DNA from: a virus
Length of the DNA: 64,000 nucleotides
IMG/VR virus record: IMGVR_UViG_3300040811_001208
Location: 7,955 to 71,954 of that record
Strand: one strand, 5' to 3'
Shown here: positions 56,069 to 64,000 of the stretch, piece after piece
Layout: every line of letters begins with the position of its first letter
How positions within the stretch are numbered: the first letter of the stretch is position 1
Position numbers and translations under genes: made by a program
Notes under the pieces: generated by a model
Seen by the model: only the letters and a program-made list of their open reading frames with translations
Database searches by the model: none
What the model was told of the DNA's origin: nothing

Positions 56069-58561
56069 TTATGCTATCCCATAAATTGAGGCATTAATTC
56101 TTGCGGAAACATTATCTGGTGGTGTAAATTGAGGAACCTTTGTTCCACCAGAAGATGCTACTTTCTGCCCAGCTTGCTGTACAATTGGCGGAAGTTCTAT
56201 GATGTTTTGATTTATAGAACTTACTGGTGGTCCAATATTAATCGCTGGTTTAGGACTAAAAAAGTTCATTATATTAGTCTTTACTTTATCAAATAAAGAT
56301 GGTTCTTTGGGTTTGACTTGTGCTTTTGGTGGTTGTTGTGCTTTAGTCAAATCTTTTGGTCCACTTAAAAGTAATTGCTTTTCAATAGAAAGCCTTGCTG
56401 TACTTGGTCCACCTCTCTGAACATTTGTGGCAGCACTTTGCATATCGCCCTTTATAAGCGCATCAGTAAGTCTTGGGAATGCTCCTATTGGTCCATAGGG
56501 AGCATTATATCCCAAAGTCAATACTCCTGCTTTTTGGTTATTACTCATCTTGTTCCAAAGAGGAATCTTTCGAGAATATGTCTTTGCAAGATTTCCAAGA
56601 TTTGTACTTAAAATATTATCTGCTTGTTTTTTTGTAATTGTATCTCCCATTTTTACTGGTTTCTTACCACTCAAAATACTATCATAAAAAGTAGAACCCC
56701 ACCCAATAGTTGGTTGTCCAACACTATCTTTATAAGAATGAATTGGAGTTTCTGATTTGATATTACCCCAGTTTATTTTACTTATTGCACTTCTTCCACC
56801 AGGTTTAATAAAATCATTCATTCCCTTTGTAAGAGATGATAGTGCTTCATCCTGCTTAAGATGATATACTGCTTTACCAATCATACCACCGCCTTGTGCC
56901 AATTGGACATTATTGACAAATTTTGGAATGTTGGTGCCACCACCCATTTTGTTCATGTATAAAAGTCTGTCTGCACCCCAATAATCTACTGCTTTTTTGC
57001 TGAATACAACTTCTCCTGGTTGCAATACAGTTGCCTGAGTATCAGCTCCAGCTCCTGTTACAGTAAGACCAGTGGAATCATCAACATAGCCACCTTCAAA
57101 TGGTTGGAGTTGCGTTGCTTCTCCGCCACCAGCAAATGCCTTGGCAAGTGGAATCATACCACCACCAGCAAACCCAAGACCACTTCTAGATCCAAAGTCC
57201 AGCATACTTTTCATCGGACTTGGTTTTTTGCCATATTCTGGATCGGATTTCTGTAGTTCTTTATCTTGTTTTTCGCCTCGTGATTGCATATACATCCCAA
57301 TACCGGCTGCTGCAGCACCAGCACCAATCACAGCAGCAGTCTTTGGATACTTGGCAATAAGTCCCAATAGTTTTGGTATTCCAGATTTTGCTAATTTAAA
57401 AGTAAACTTGGTAACAGTTCCAACAAATGCTCTCACAAACTTCCCAAAAGGAGTCGTGAATAAAACCAAACCACCAAGTAATGCTGGCCACCAATCCTTC
57501 AAAAATCTTTTGAGAAATTCTACTCGTTCTTTATTTTCTGGATTATTGAACCATTTTATAAAATTGACAAATGCTTTTCCAAGTAAAGTATACCAAAGAA
57601 AGTTCAAAATCTTATCAATCAAATTCTGGACTGGCGCAAGCATCTTCACTGCAGAAGATGCAATATTTTTGATTCCTTTTTCAAGAAAGTTTTCTCTTTT
57701 TTGTCTTCTTTCTGTTTCTATTCTTTTCCTTTCTGATTCTTGTCTCTTTTTGAATAACTTATTCTGTTCTTCAAGTACTTCTAAGATCTTGGAAACTGAC
57801 TTGTTGATTGAAGTTAAGGTATCGATGACTTTTTTATTTTCTTCTCCAGATTGTGTAACTGGTGTATCTGAGGAAGAAATTAATTCTTTTGGATCGACTG
57901 CATAATATTGATTGGTTCTTCTGTTGTATCTTATTACGAAATCTCCAGGAGCATTGTCTACAGCACTATCTACATTGGCAAGTTGTCCCAAAGTAATTCC
58001 AGGCAACCCAAGAAGTTTCGCTGGATTTGGTCTTATTGTTCTTGTTCTTATTCTACTTGCTACTTCTTGTTTTTGTTGCTGCTCTTCTTGTGTTGGAGCT
58101 TCTCGTACTTGCTTTAATAACTCATCAAAACCACTTGGAACAGGCTCATCTCCTTCTTCGTCTTCGTTTTGTATACTTTTTATGAGATCGTCAAGTTCAA
58201 TGGGAGGATTTGGCTTGCTTTCGGTTTTTATATCTTCCAAAAGATCATCCAAATTTGGAACATCTCTTGATTCTATCTCGTTTTTTAAATATTGATCTAC
58301 CAACCACTCCTGATAATTTTTCATATCATCAGGAGTTGGATTATCCGCTTCTAGCACAAAGATCCCACGAGGATCTTTTTTCATGTTTCTTATTACTTTG
58401 TTAACTTGTACCTTGTTTAAGTTAACCTCAGAATAATACTGACTACCATCAGGTTGCTTTTTTCCAGTAAGTCTCGCTGCGAGAACTTTCCAGAATCTTT
58501 CTCCAACTTGTCCAGGAGAATAAAATTTTGCTTTTAAACCTGATGGTATATCAATTAGCAT
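56069..58561 (-). CDS. tape-measure-like tail protein with phage lysozyme (GH24-like) domain
   Basis: YKDSVGQPTIGWG..ITKKQAD..LGYN; coiled coil and hydrophobic segments. Confidence 0.75.
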   Translation of the reverse strand: MLIDIPSGLKAKFYSPGQVGERFWKVLAARLTGKKQPDGSQYYSEVNLNKVQVNKVIRNMKKDPRGIFVLEADNPTPDDMKNYQEWLVDQYLKNEIESRDVPNLDDLLEDIKTESKPNPPIELDDLIKSIQNEDEEGDEPVPSGFDELLKQVREAPTQEEQQQKQEVASRIRTRTIRPNPAKLLGLPGITLGQLANVDSAVDNAPGDFVIRYNRRTNQYYAVDPKELISSSDTPVTQSGEENKKVIDTLTSINKSVSKILEVLEEQNKLFKKRQESERKRIETERRQKRENFLEKGIKNIASSAVKMLAPVQNLIDKILNFLWYTLLGKAFVNFIKWFNNPENKERVEFLKRFLKDWWPALLGGLVLFTTPFGKFVRAFVGTVTKFTFKLAKSGIPKLLGLIAKYPKTAAVIGAGAAAAGIGMYMQSRGEKQDKELQKSDPEYGKKPSPMKSMLDFGSRSGLGFAGGGMIPLAKAFAGGGEATQLQPFEGGYVDDSTGLTVTGAGADTQATVLQPGEVVFSKKAVDYWGADRLLYMNKMGGGTNIPKFVNNVQLAQGGGMIGKAVYHLKQDEALSSLTKGMNDFIKPGGRSAISKINWGNIKSETPIHSYKDSVGQPTIGWGSTFYDSILSGKKPVKMGDTITKKQADNILSTNLGNLAKTYSRKIPLWNKMSNNQKAGVLTLGYNAPYGPIGAFPRLTDALIKGDMQSAATNVQRGGPSTARLSIEKQLLLSGPKDLTKAQQPPKAQVKPKEPSLFDKVKTNIMNFFSPKPAINIGPPVSSINQNIIELPPIVQQAGQKVASSGGTKVPQFTPPDNVSARINASIYGIA

Positions 58562-58736
58562 TTTGTTGTTGCTTTAGTTTTTCTTCTTCTAAGTGCTCTT
58601 TTAGCCAAGTTACATAAATGTCTCTTTCAAATGGCATCAGATTTTCAATCTCTGTCAAAGAATATTTATGGTACTGAACCAAAGAAAAACAAAGCCGATA
58701 ATAATTCTCAAGATCGATATGGGAAAGACTTATGCG
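58551..58736 (-). CDS. gp51: gp51-like baseplate hub assembly domain lacking own start codon (probable -1 frameshift extension of gp26)
   Basis: RISLSHIDLENYYRLCFSLVQYHKYSLTEIENLMPFERDIYVTWLKEHLEEEK. Confidence 0.75.
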   Translation of the reverse strand, partial: RISLSHIDLENYYRLCFSLVQYHKYSLTEIENLMPFERDIYVTWLKEHLEEEKLKQQQNAN

Positions 58737-59449
58737 AAAAAAGATGTTAACCCTTCAATCAATACTTCACTTTTTACTTTTGTTTTTGGATTGAAGACTT
58801 CGACCTTATGAGAAAGCTTTGGCATCGTTTCAAAGAATTTTTCAATCAGTTTGAATTGGGAAGAATTCATTTGATCTAGGAACTCTTGCATTTCTTTTTT
58901 TGTCACATCAGAAGTTGACCATGCTTCGTCTTTTGTGTAGATCTTGTCAATACAAGATGAAATGAGATCGAATGCTTGATCTAGATCATTAGAAGCATTA
59001 AAATCAAAATTATTTTTGATGAACTCATCAAGAGATGGATATTTCATTTCAATGGAAATATTATCATCTAGTTTGATGTTTTTATCGTGCCCATCAAACT
59101 TCTGGACTTCTATCTCGTCAACATTAATCTTAACTGGAACTTCAGTTTCTCCATCATCAGGACAAATGATGTTGACTTCTATTTCTTCTCCTACTGATTT
59201 ACCACGAATGTTTAAGAAGAGATATTCAATGTCAAATGTAGGAAGAGTTTCTACTTTTACTCCTCTGGTTTCTATGCAGTTCTTGAGTACAGTTTTGATT
59301 GCTTCTGTAATTTGTTTTGTGTCTTCACTTTCGAGTGCAAGCAAAAGAAGTTTTTCCTCTCTGACAAGAAATGGTCTGTATTTTATTTCTTTCCCTGTTG
59401 ATGGCAAGGTTAGGAAAAATGAGGGAGTCGAAATCTTTGGGAGCGGCAT
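58730..59449 (-). CDS. gp26: baseplate hub subunit/assembly chaperone
   Basis: MPLPKI.TP..LPSTG..IKYRPFLVREEK..FDIEYLFLNIRGKSVGE. Confidence 0.9.
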   Translation of the reverse strand: MPLPKISTPSFFLTLPSTGKEIKYRPFLVREEKLLLLALESEDTKQITEAIKTVLKNCIETRGVKVETLPTFDIEYLFLNIRGKSVGEEIEVNIICPDDGETEVPVKINVDEIEVQKFDGHDKNIKLDDNISIEMKYPSLDEFIKNNFDFNASNDLDQAFDLISSCIDKIYTKDEAWSTSDVTKKEMQEFLDQMNSSQFKLIEKFFETMPKLSHKVEVFNPKTKVKSEVLIEGLTSFFA

Positions 59450-59489
59450 AATATCCTTATGTCATTTCAGTTTTTATTATTTATTGTCC

Positions 59490-60281
59490 TCACTCTAGAG
59501 CTTGAATTTGTTGTAACTCCTTCACAAACTGTTCTTGAGTAAGACTACCCGGTTGTCTAGGTTCCGCATTTTTATCAAATTGCGCATAGTCTCTAGATAG
59601 AACATAACGACTATAAGTGAATGAAACAGTACACTTCAGTAGCTGAGAACTTTCATAAGACACTGGCATAGAATTAATGCTGATTGGATAAGCATTAATA
59701 AATTGATAAGTTAGTGGTCTATTAATTTGGTTTTTTCTGTCAATCTCTGGGTCTCCGTAATCTTTTTCAAATTTTGTAATATAGAGTCTATCAGTAATAT
59801 AATCATGAGGAAAGTTGACCCTGTAATTATATGTTTGATTTGTTTGGGGTATCCTGTTTGGTTGTTCTTCATTGGATAATAAATTTTCTCCTGCAGCATA
59901 AGAAATCCAGTTCTCAAAAAAATCAATGACAAAGTAATTACGATCAACAATAAAAGTAAAGTCAGCACGATCATCATAGGATCTTCTATATGCGTGTCTT
60001 TCTGTTACACCAGTGTAGTCATTGTTGATCTCATTTGTCATTAAGGTAGATCCTGGCAAAGAAGCATCAGAACAAGAAAGTTTAATCAATTCCTGCAACT
60101 CTCCTTTATATTGTCCGCCTGGAAATCCAGCACTAAGTCTATCTTGTAAAAACTTTTGTACTTTGCTATCACTACCACCAGGAGGCAAAAACTCACAAAT
60201 ATAATGTGAGTTTAGAGCAGGCTGAAGCAGCTTGCTTACGATGTGTGACATTTTATATGGCTGTATCGGTGCGCCTGCCAT
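59490..60281 (-). CDS. tail-tube-like baseplate protein (gp54-like)
   Basis: CSDASLPG..FFENW..AYPISINSMPVSY..CTVSFTY. Confidence 0.6.
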   Translation of the reverse strand: MAGAPIQPYKMSHIVSKLLQPALNSHYICEFLPPGGSDSKVQKFLQDRLSAGFPGGQYKGELQELIKLSCSDASLPGSTLMTNEINNDYTGVTERHAYRRSYDDRADFTFIVDRNYFVIDFFENWISYAAGENLLSNEEQPNRIPQTNQTYNYRVNFPHDYITDRLYITKFEKDYGDPEIDRKNQINRPLTYQFINAYPISINSMPVSYESSQLLKCTVSFTYSRYVLSRDYAQFDKNAEPRQPGSLTQEQFVKELQQIQALE

Positions 60282-60283
60282 TT

Positions 60284-60312
60284 CTAAATACTTTATGTTC
60301 TTTAATATTTAG
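60284..60312. promoter_or_regulatory. overlapping divergent late promoters
   Basis: CTAAATA on + (60284-60290) and on - (60306-60312). Confidence 0.6.
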
Positions 60313-60314
60313 GA

Positions 60315-60761
60315 ATGGCAGAGCGAAAATACATTCAAGGATACTTTCGCCCAATACATCCAGAAAAGTATATTGGTAATCCTCAGAACATTGTGTACAG
60401 AAGTTCTTGGGAACTTCGTTTTATGAAATGGTGCGATGAAAGCACTAATGTTATTCAATATGGATCTGAAGAATTCTTTATTCCCTATCGCTCTCCAGTG
60501 GATAATAAGACCCACAAATATTTTCCTGACTTTCTCATAAAAATACAAGAGCAATCTGGAGAAATAAAAACTTACTTGATTGAAATAAAACCACAAAGAC
60601 AGACAGTACAACCAAAAGTACCGAAAAGAAAAACAAAGAATTGGTTGTATGAGATGAAGACTTATTCTGTGAATCAGGCAAAATGGGCTGCAGCAGAAGA
60701 ATGGTGCAAAAGTAGAGGGATAGAGTTTAAGCTAATAACAGAAAGGGAATTAGGAATTTAG
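60315..60761 (+). CDS. gp4: head completion protein
   Basis: YRSSWELRFMKWCD..YFPDF..IEIKP..NQAKW. Confidence 0.9.
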   Translation: MAERKYIQGYFRPIHPEKYIGNPQNIVYRSSWELRFMKWCDESTNVIQYGSEEFFIPYRSPVDNKTHKYFPDFLIKIQEQSGEIKTYLIEIKPQRQTVQPKVPKRKTKNWLYEMKTYSVNQAKWAAAEEWCKSRGIEFKLITERELGI

Positions 60762-60764
60762 GAA

Positions 60765-61373
60765 ATGTTCAAACCACTAAGCAGACAAGCACAAAAACTC
60801 TGGGGAGTATTTGGAACGATCAGAAAATGGTTTCTTGGCCTAACAAAAGCCAAAGAAAATAAATTTGAACAAGAAGAAAAAGACATAAAGTTTGAAGAGG
60901 AGCAACTAAAGAAACGAGGTGCTAGAGATTATATTTTTGATAGGCTCAATGAAAGAAAAGAAGAGTTACAACAACAAAAAGATGAATTTTATAGTTTCAA
61001 GAATTTAGTTGATACTCTACCAAAAAATCAGTCTCCTGTTTTCTATTTTGATGCACTACTTGACATCTTAGCAAAAATGGGAAGAACAGAAGAAACTATG
61101 GAAGTTGGCAAGATTTACACTTTTAAATATATCGCAAGAACAAAAGGTCAGTGGTATGATGTTCATCCAGTCAGTCTAATTATTGAAAAGGGGAAGACTT
61201 ACTGGAGAGGAGTCAACTACCATTGGGAGAGGAGACCAGAATATATTGAAAGTCCTGTGCGAACTTATAGTTTTGTTGGGATGCAATCTTTGTTTTATAG
61301 AATCAAGCAAGAAGAGTTAGAATATGTTTTGAGAATTCCTTCTTTCTATCCAGTATTCATATCTGGACGCTAA
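60765..61373 (+). CDS. gp2: DNA end protector-like protein
   Basis: GKIYTFKY..YDVHP..GVNYHW; follows gp4. Confidence 0.55.
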   Translation: MFKPLSRQAQKLWGVFGTIRKWFLGLTKAKENKFEQEEKDIKFEEEQLKKRGARDYIFDRLNERKEELQQQKDEFYSFKNLVDTLPKNQSPVFYFDALLDILAKMGRTEETMEVGKIYTFKYIARTKGQWYDVHPVSLIIEKGKTYWRGVNYHWERRPEYIESPVRTYSFVGMQSLFYRIKQEELEYVLRIPSFYPVFISGR

Positions 61374-61453
61374 ATAAATATAAAACTACTATAAATGTCT
61401 CATACTCTACAAAAAATTGAGATCGTTTTGTCCCTTATGTGGAGGGAGTTCTG

Positions 61454-62806
61454 ATGGCAGGACAACCTTATGTATGGCAAATATCATCACCAAATCTTAA
61501 TACTGGAGTTGGAGTTATAAGTTCCGCTTACAATGTTGATGGTAAAAGTCCTTTTACAACAATAACTACGGATAACCCAACAGGATATGTGAAAGTTTTT
61601 CCGAATAGTAATTCCAATGATTTGAATATAAAAAATCTTGAGTATGCAATTCAAACTGATGGAAAAATAACTTATAGAGTTCAAGATGGCACACAGAATC
61701 CAAAGCAATACAATAGTCTCCAAGAATTAGCGGACAATAGGGGAAATTGGACTGAAACAACCACAAAACAAATTCAATCCCAAATAAAAGGTATATTACA
61801 GTCTTTTGTTTCGGAATATAACCAAACAAATCCAGATTCCCCAATAGGCCCAGCAACTGCCAACCAAGAACAAACACAAAATCAAACACTAATAGGTACC
61901 GAAGAGTACCAGTTAGAACAAATAGAAGCGGACAAGGACAATAAAAAAACTGCATGGAGGGGTAAAATATATCGATACCCAACAAAAATAGGTGATAATA
62001 GACAAGACTTTATAAAATTTGAAGTCTATGATTATAAGACAAGAAGACCAAGTAGAGAAAATCCACTAGTACAAGAGAAAGATAGAAATTTAGGGTCTCA
62101 AATAGCAACTATAGTACTGCCAATACAACCAACAATTGTAGACAATAATACAGTTGATTGGAATGGATTGGGATTAAATCCAGTAGAACTTGCTGGATAT
62201 GGTCTATCAACTGCTGGCATGACTGGAGGAAGTAATGGCAATGATTTTGGTGAAATATTAGGAAAATTGGGAACCACAATAACTGAAGATCCCGATGTAC
62301 GAAAAGCACTTCTACTATACTTAAAGCAAAAAGCAATTGGCGTCAATGGTTTATTGTCTAGGTTTGGTGGTGCAATTGTAAATCCAAATATAGAATTACT
62401 ATTTCAAGGGACACAATTGAGACCATTTAATTTTTCATTTAGATTATCCCCAAGAGATAGAGACGAAGCAAAACAAGTAAAGAGTATAATAAGAGTTTTT
62501 AAAGAAGCAATGTCAGCAAAAACTGCTTCCGGTGGAATATTCTTGGCAGCTCCAAATGTTTTCAAAATAAGATATATCAACGGAATAACAAATGACGATC
62601 ATACATCGTTAAATCAAATTAAAACATGTGCTCTCCAATCATGTTCTGTTGATTATACTCCTGATGGATCTTATATGACATTTAAGGATACAGATAGTGG
62701 AAATCCAATGACATCATACAACTTGAATTTGCAGTTCCAAGAGCTAGAGCCAGTAATAGACACCGATTATAAAGAGTTCACAGACGAATCAACAATAGGT
62801 TACTAA
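61454..62806 (+). CDS. gp48: baseplate tail tube cap
   Basis: NPNIELLFQG..RPFNFSF.LSPR..CAL....VDYTPDG..L.FQELEP; GGAGG SD before ATG 61454. Confidence 0.88.
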   Translation: MAGQPYVWQISSPNLNTGVGVISSAYNVDGKSPFTTITTDNPTGYVKVFPNSNSNDLNIKNLEYAIQTDGKITYRVQDGTQNPKQYNSLQELADNRGNWTETTTKQIQSQIKGILQSFVSEYNQTNPDSPIGPATANQEQTQNQTLIGTEEYQLEQIEADKDNKKTAWRGKIYRYPTKIGDNRQDFIKFEVYDYKTRRPSRENPLVQEKDRNLGSQIATIVLPIQPTIVDNNTVDWNGLGLNPVELAGYGLSTAGMTGGSNGNDFGEILGKLGTTITEDPDVRKALLLYLKQKAIGVNGLLSRFGGAIVNPNIELLFQGTQLRPFNFSFRLSPRDRDEAKQVKSIIRVFKEAMSAKTASGGIFLAAPNVFKIRYINGITNDDHTSLNQIKTCALQSCSVDYTPDGSYMTFKDTDSGNPMTSYNLNLQFQELEPVIDTDYKEFTDESTIGY

Positions 62807-62807
62807 A

Positions 62808-63827
62808 ATGCCATCATACTTCAGACAAGTTCCAGACTTTGATTATGTCAGTAGAGATCCAAATCAAAGACAGATCTCAGAGTATGCTCCAGTAAAAAAC
62901 CTTTTTCGTCGTGGCAAACTTCGTGAAGACATCTTCGGCAATCTTTCTTACTTCACAAAGTATAAGATCATAGGTGACGAAAGACCAGATAATGTGGCTT
63001 ATAAAATCTATAACGACGAAACTCTCGACTGGATAGTATTACTTTCAAATAACATCCTGAACATCCAAACAGAATGGCCATTGCCACAGGTTATATTTGA
63101 TAAAGTAATGCTCGAAAAGTATGGTTCTTATGACGAACTATACAACGGAATTCATCATTATGAAACTAATGAAATCAGAGATAGTTCTGGAAATATTATT
63201 CTTCCTTCTGGAATACAAATGCCTTCTCAGTGGAAGAGTGGAAATGGATTTGTTCAAGGATATAAAATTAATCAAATAGTACAAATATTTTATGAAGTAA
63301 TTGATAATTTTTATGTCGTAATTCCACTAAGTCCAATACCATTATCAGTCGGAATAAAGCAAGGAAATAAAATAATAATAAAAAATTCTTCTATAGAAAG
63401 CTTAAATAGTTCATTTGTAATTGATCAAATATTTTTGGATAATTCTAGAGACAATATAGAAGAATTTTCTTTTTTGGCACCTAATGTTTCTGTCAGTGAT
63501 GCAATCATCCCAATGAATGGAAATGAAACAATCGAATTTATTTCGTATACTCCATTAGCAGAATCAGATACTTATTATTATAATTACTACGATAATAACT
63601 TACAATTAAATGTACAGATCCCGTCAAATGATATAATAAAGCCAATAACAAATTACGAATATGAGAACAAACTAGAAGAAGACAAAAGAAACATTTTTGT
63701 CCTAAAACCACAATATCTCAATATAGTATTCAATGATATGGAAGAAATTATGAAATATAAAAAAGGTTCTACTCAATATGTAAGTAGAACCCTAAAGAAA
63801 GGAGATAACATAAGACTATATTCTTAA
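62808..63827 (+). CDS. gp53: baseplate wedge subunit
   Basis: YFRQVPDF..GDERPDNVA..WIVLLSNNI..EWP..HHYET..TNYEYE. Confidence 0.9.
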   Translation: MPSYFRQVPDFDYVSRDPNQRQISEYAPVKNLFRRGKLREDIFGNLSYFTKYKIIGDERPDNVAYKIYNDETLDWIVLLSNNILNIQTEWPLPQVIFDKVMLEKYGSYDELYNGIHHYETNEIRDSSGNIILPSGIQMPSQWKSGNGFVQGYKINQIVQIFYEVIDNFYVVIPLSPIPLSVGIKQGNKIIIKNSSIESLNSSFVIDQIFLDNSRDNIEEFSFLAPNVSVSDAIIPMNGNETIEFISYTPLAESDTYYYNYYDNNLQLNVQIPSNDIIKPITNYEYENKLEEDKRNIFVLKPQYLNIVFNDMEEIMKYKKGSTQYVSRTLKKGDNIRLYS

Positions 63828-63998
63828 TTATTCTGGCAAAAAACCGGCATAATTTTTATCATATGTGAAAAAAGATGACATAGTATATCTTTTTCCATGA
63901 GTCACTTTTGTCACCCCATGAGTGTATTTTATCCCTGCCGGATGTAGAACTATCATTCCAGGCTTCGGAGAAACTTGTATACCAATATTTGGATAATA
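63828..63998 (-). CDS. 2OG-Fe(II) oxygenase, C-terminal part (truncated by window)
   Basis: YYPN..PKPGMIVLHP...THGVTKVTHGKRYT. Confidence 0.75.
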   Translation of the reverse strand, partial: YYPNIGIQVSPKPGMIVLHPAGIKYTHGVTKVTHGKRYTMSSFFTYDKNYAGFLPE

Positions 63999-64000
63999 TA

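Noticed and set aside
3008-58404. Plus-strand ORFs such as 3008..3730, 35374..35709 and 57141..57905
   Set aside because: They are antisense shadows of well-supported minus-strand genes and have no motifs.
60315-60761. TnsA transposase
   Set aside because: The fold is shared, but the context matches T4 gp4 head completion.
1-64000. DGR reverse transcriptase or template repeat
   Set aside because: No ORF with RT motifs and no fourth AAY-rich copy of the VR were seen. None of the three copies can be the template because each has non-A bases at variable sites.
1-64000. tRNA or rRNA genes
   Set aside because: No cloverleaf or rRNA-like segments were recognised by eye; tRNAscan would be decisive.

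Overview
The window is part of a large T4-like myovirus genome, most likely a cyanophage. Evidence: gp2/gp4/gp5/gp26/gp48/gp51/gp53-like baseplate genes, (C/A)TAAATA late promoters and a peptide deformylase. Left part (1-16 kb): an IS607 element with a Fanzor-like TnpB, then about 45 small minus-strand early genes driven by a repeated promoter/hairpin cassette. This part also holds two GIY-YIG endonucleases, a kinase, the deformylase and a helicase. Middle (17-47 kb): tail fibre and virion genes interleaved with a sulfotransferase/glycosyltransferase/2OG-oxygenase cluster. Right (47-64 kb): baseplate hub, murein-hydrolase-bearing tail proteins and baseplate genes. Highlights: (1) three dispersed C-type-lectin-like genes share a 141-bp repeat with the codon signature of DGR adenine mutagenesis and a common 3' element. 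(2) A truncated avd-like gene is split by an IS605-type tnpB whose predicted guide matches the intact avd; no RT or template repeat is seen in the window. (3) A covarying late-promoter/antisense-RNA cassette precedes both endonucleases. (4) A probable -1 frameshift fuses gp26 to an ATG-less gp51. All calls are from motif recognition by eye; no database searches were run.
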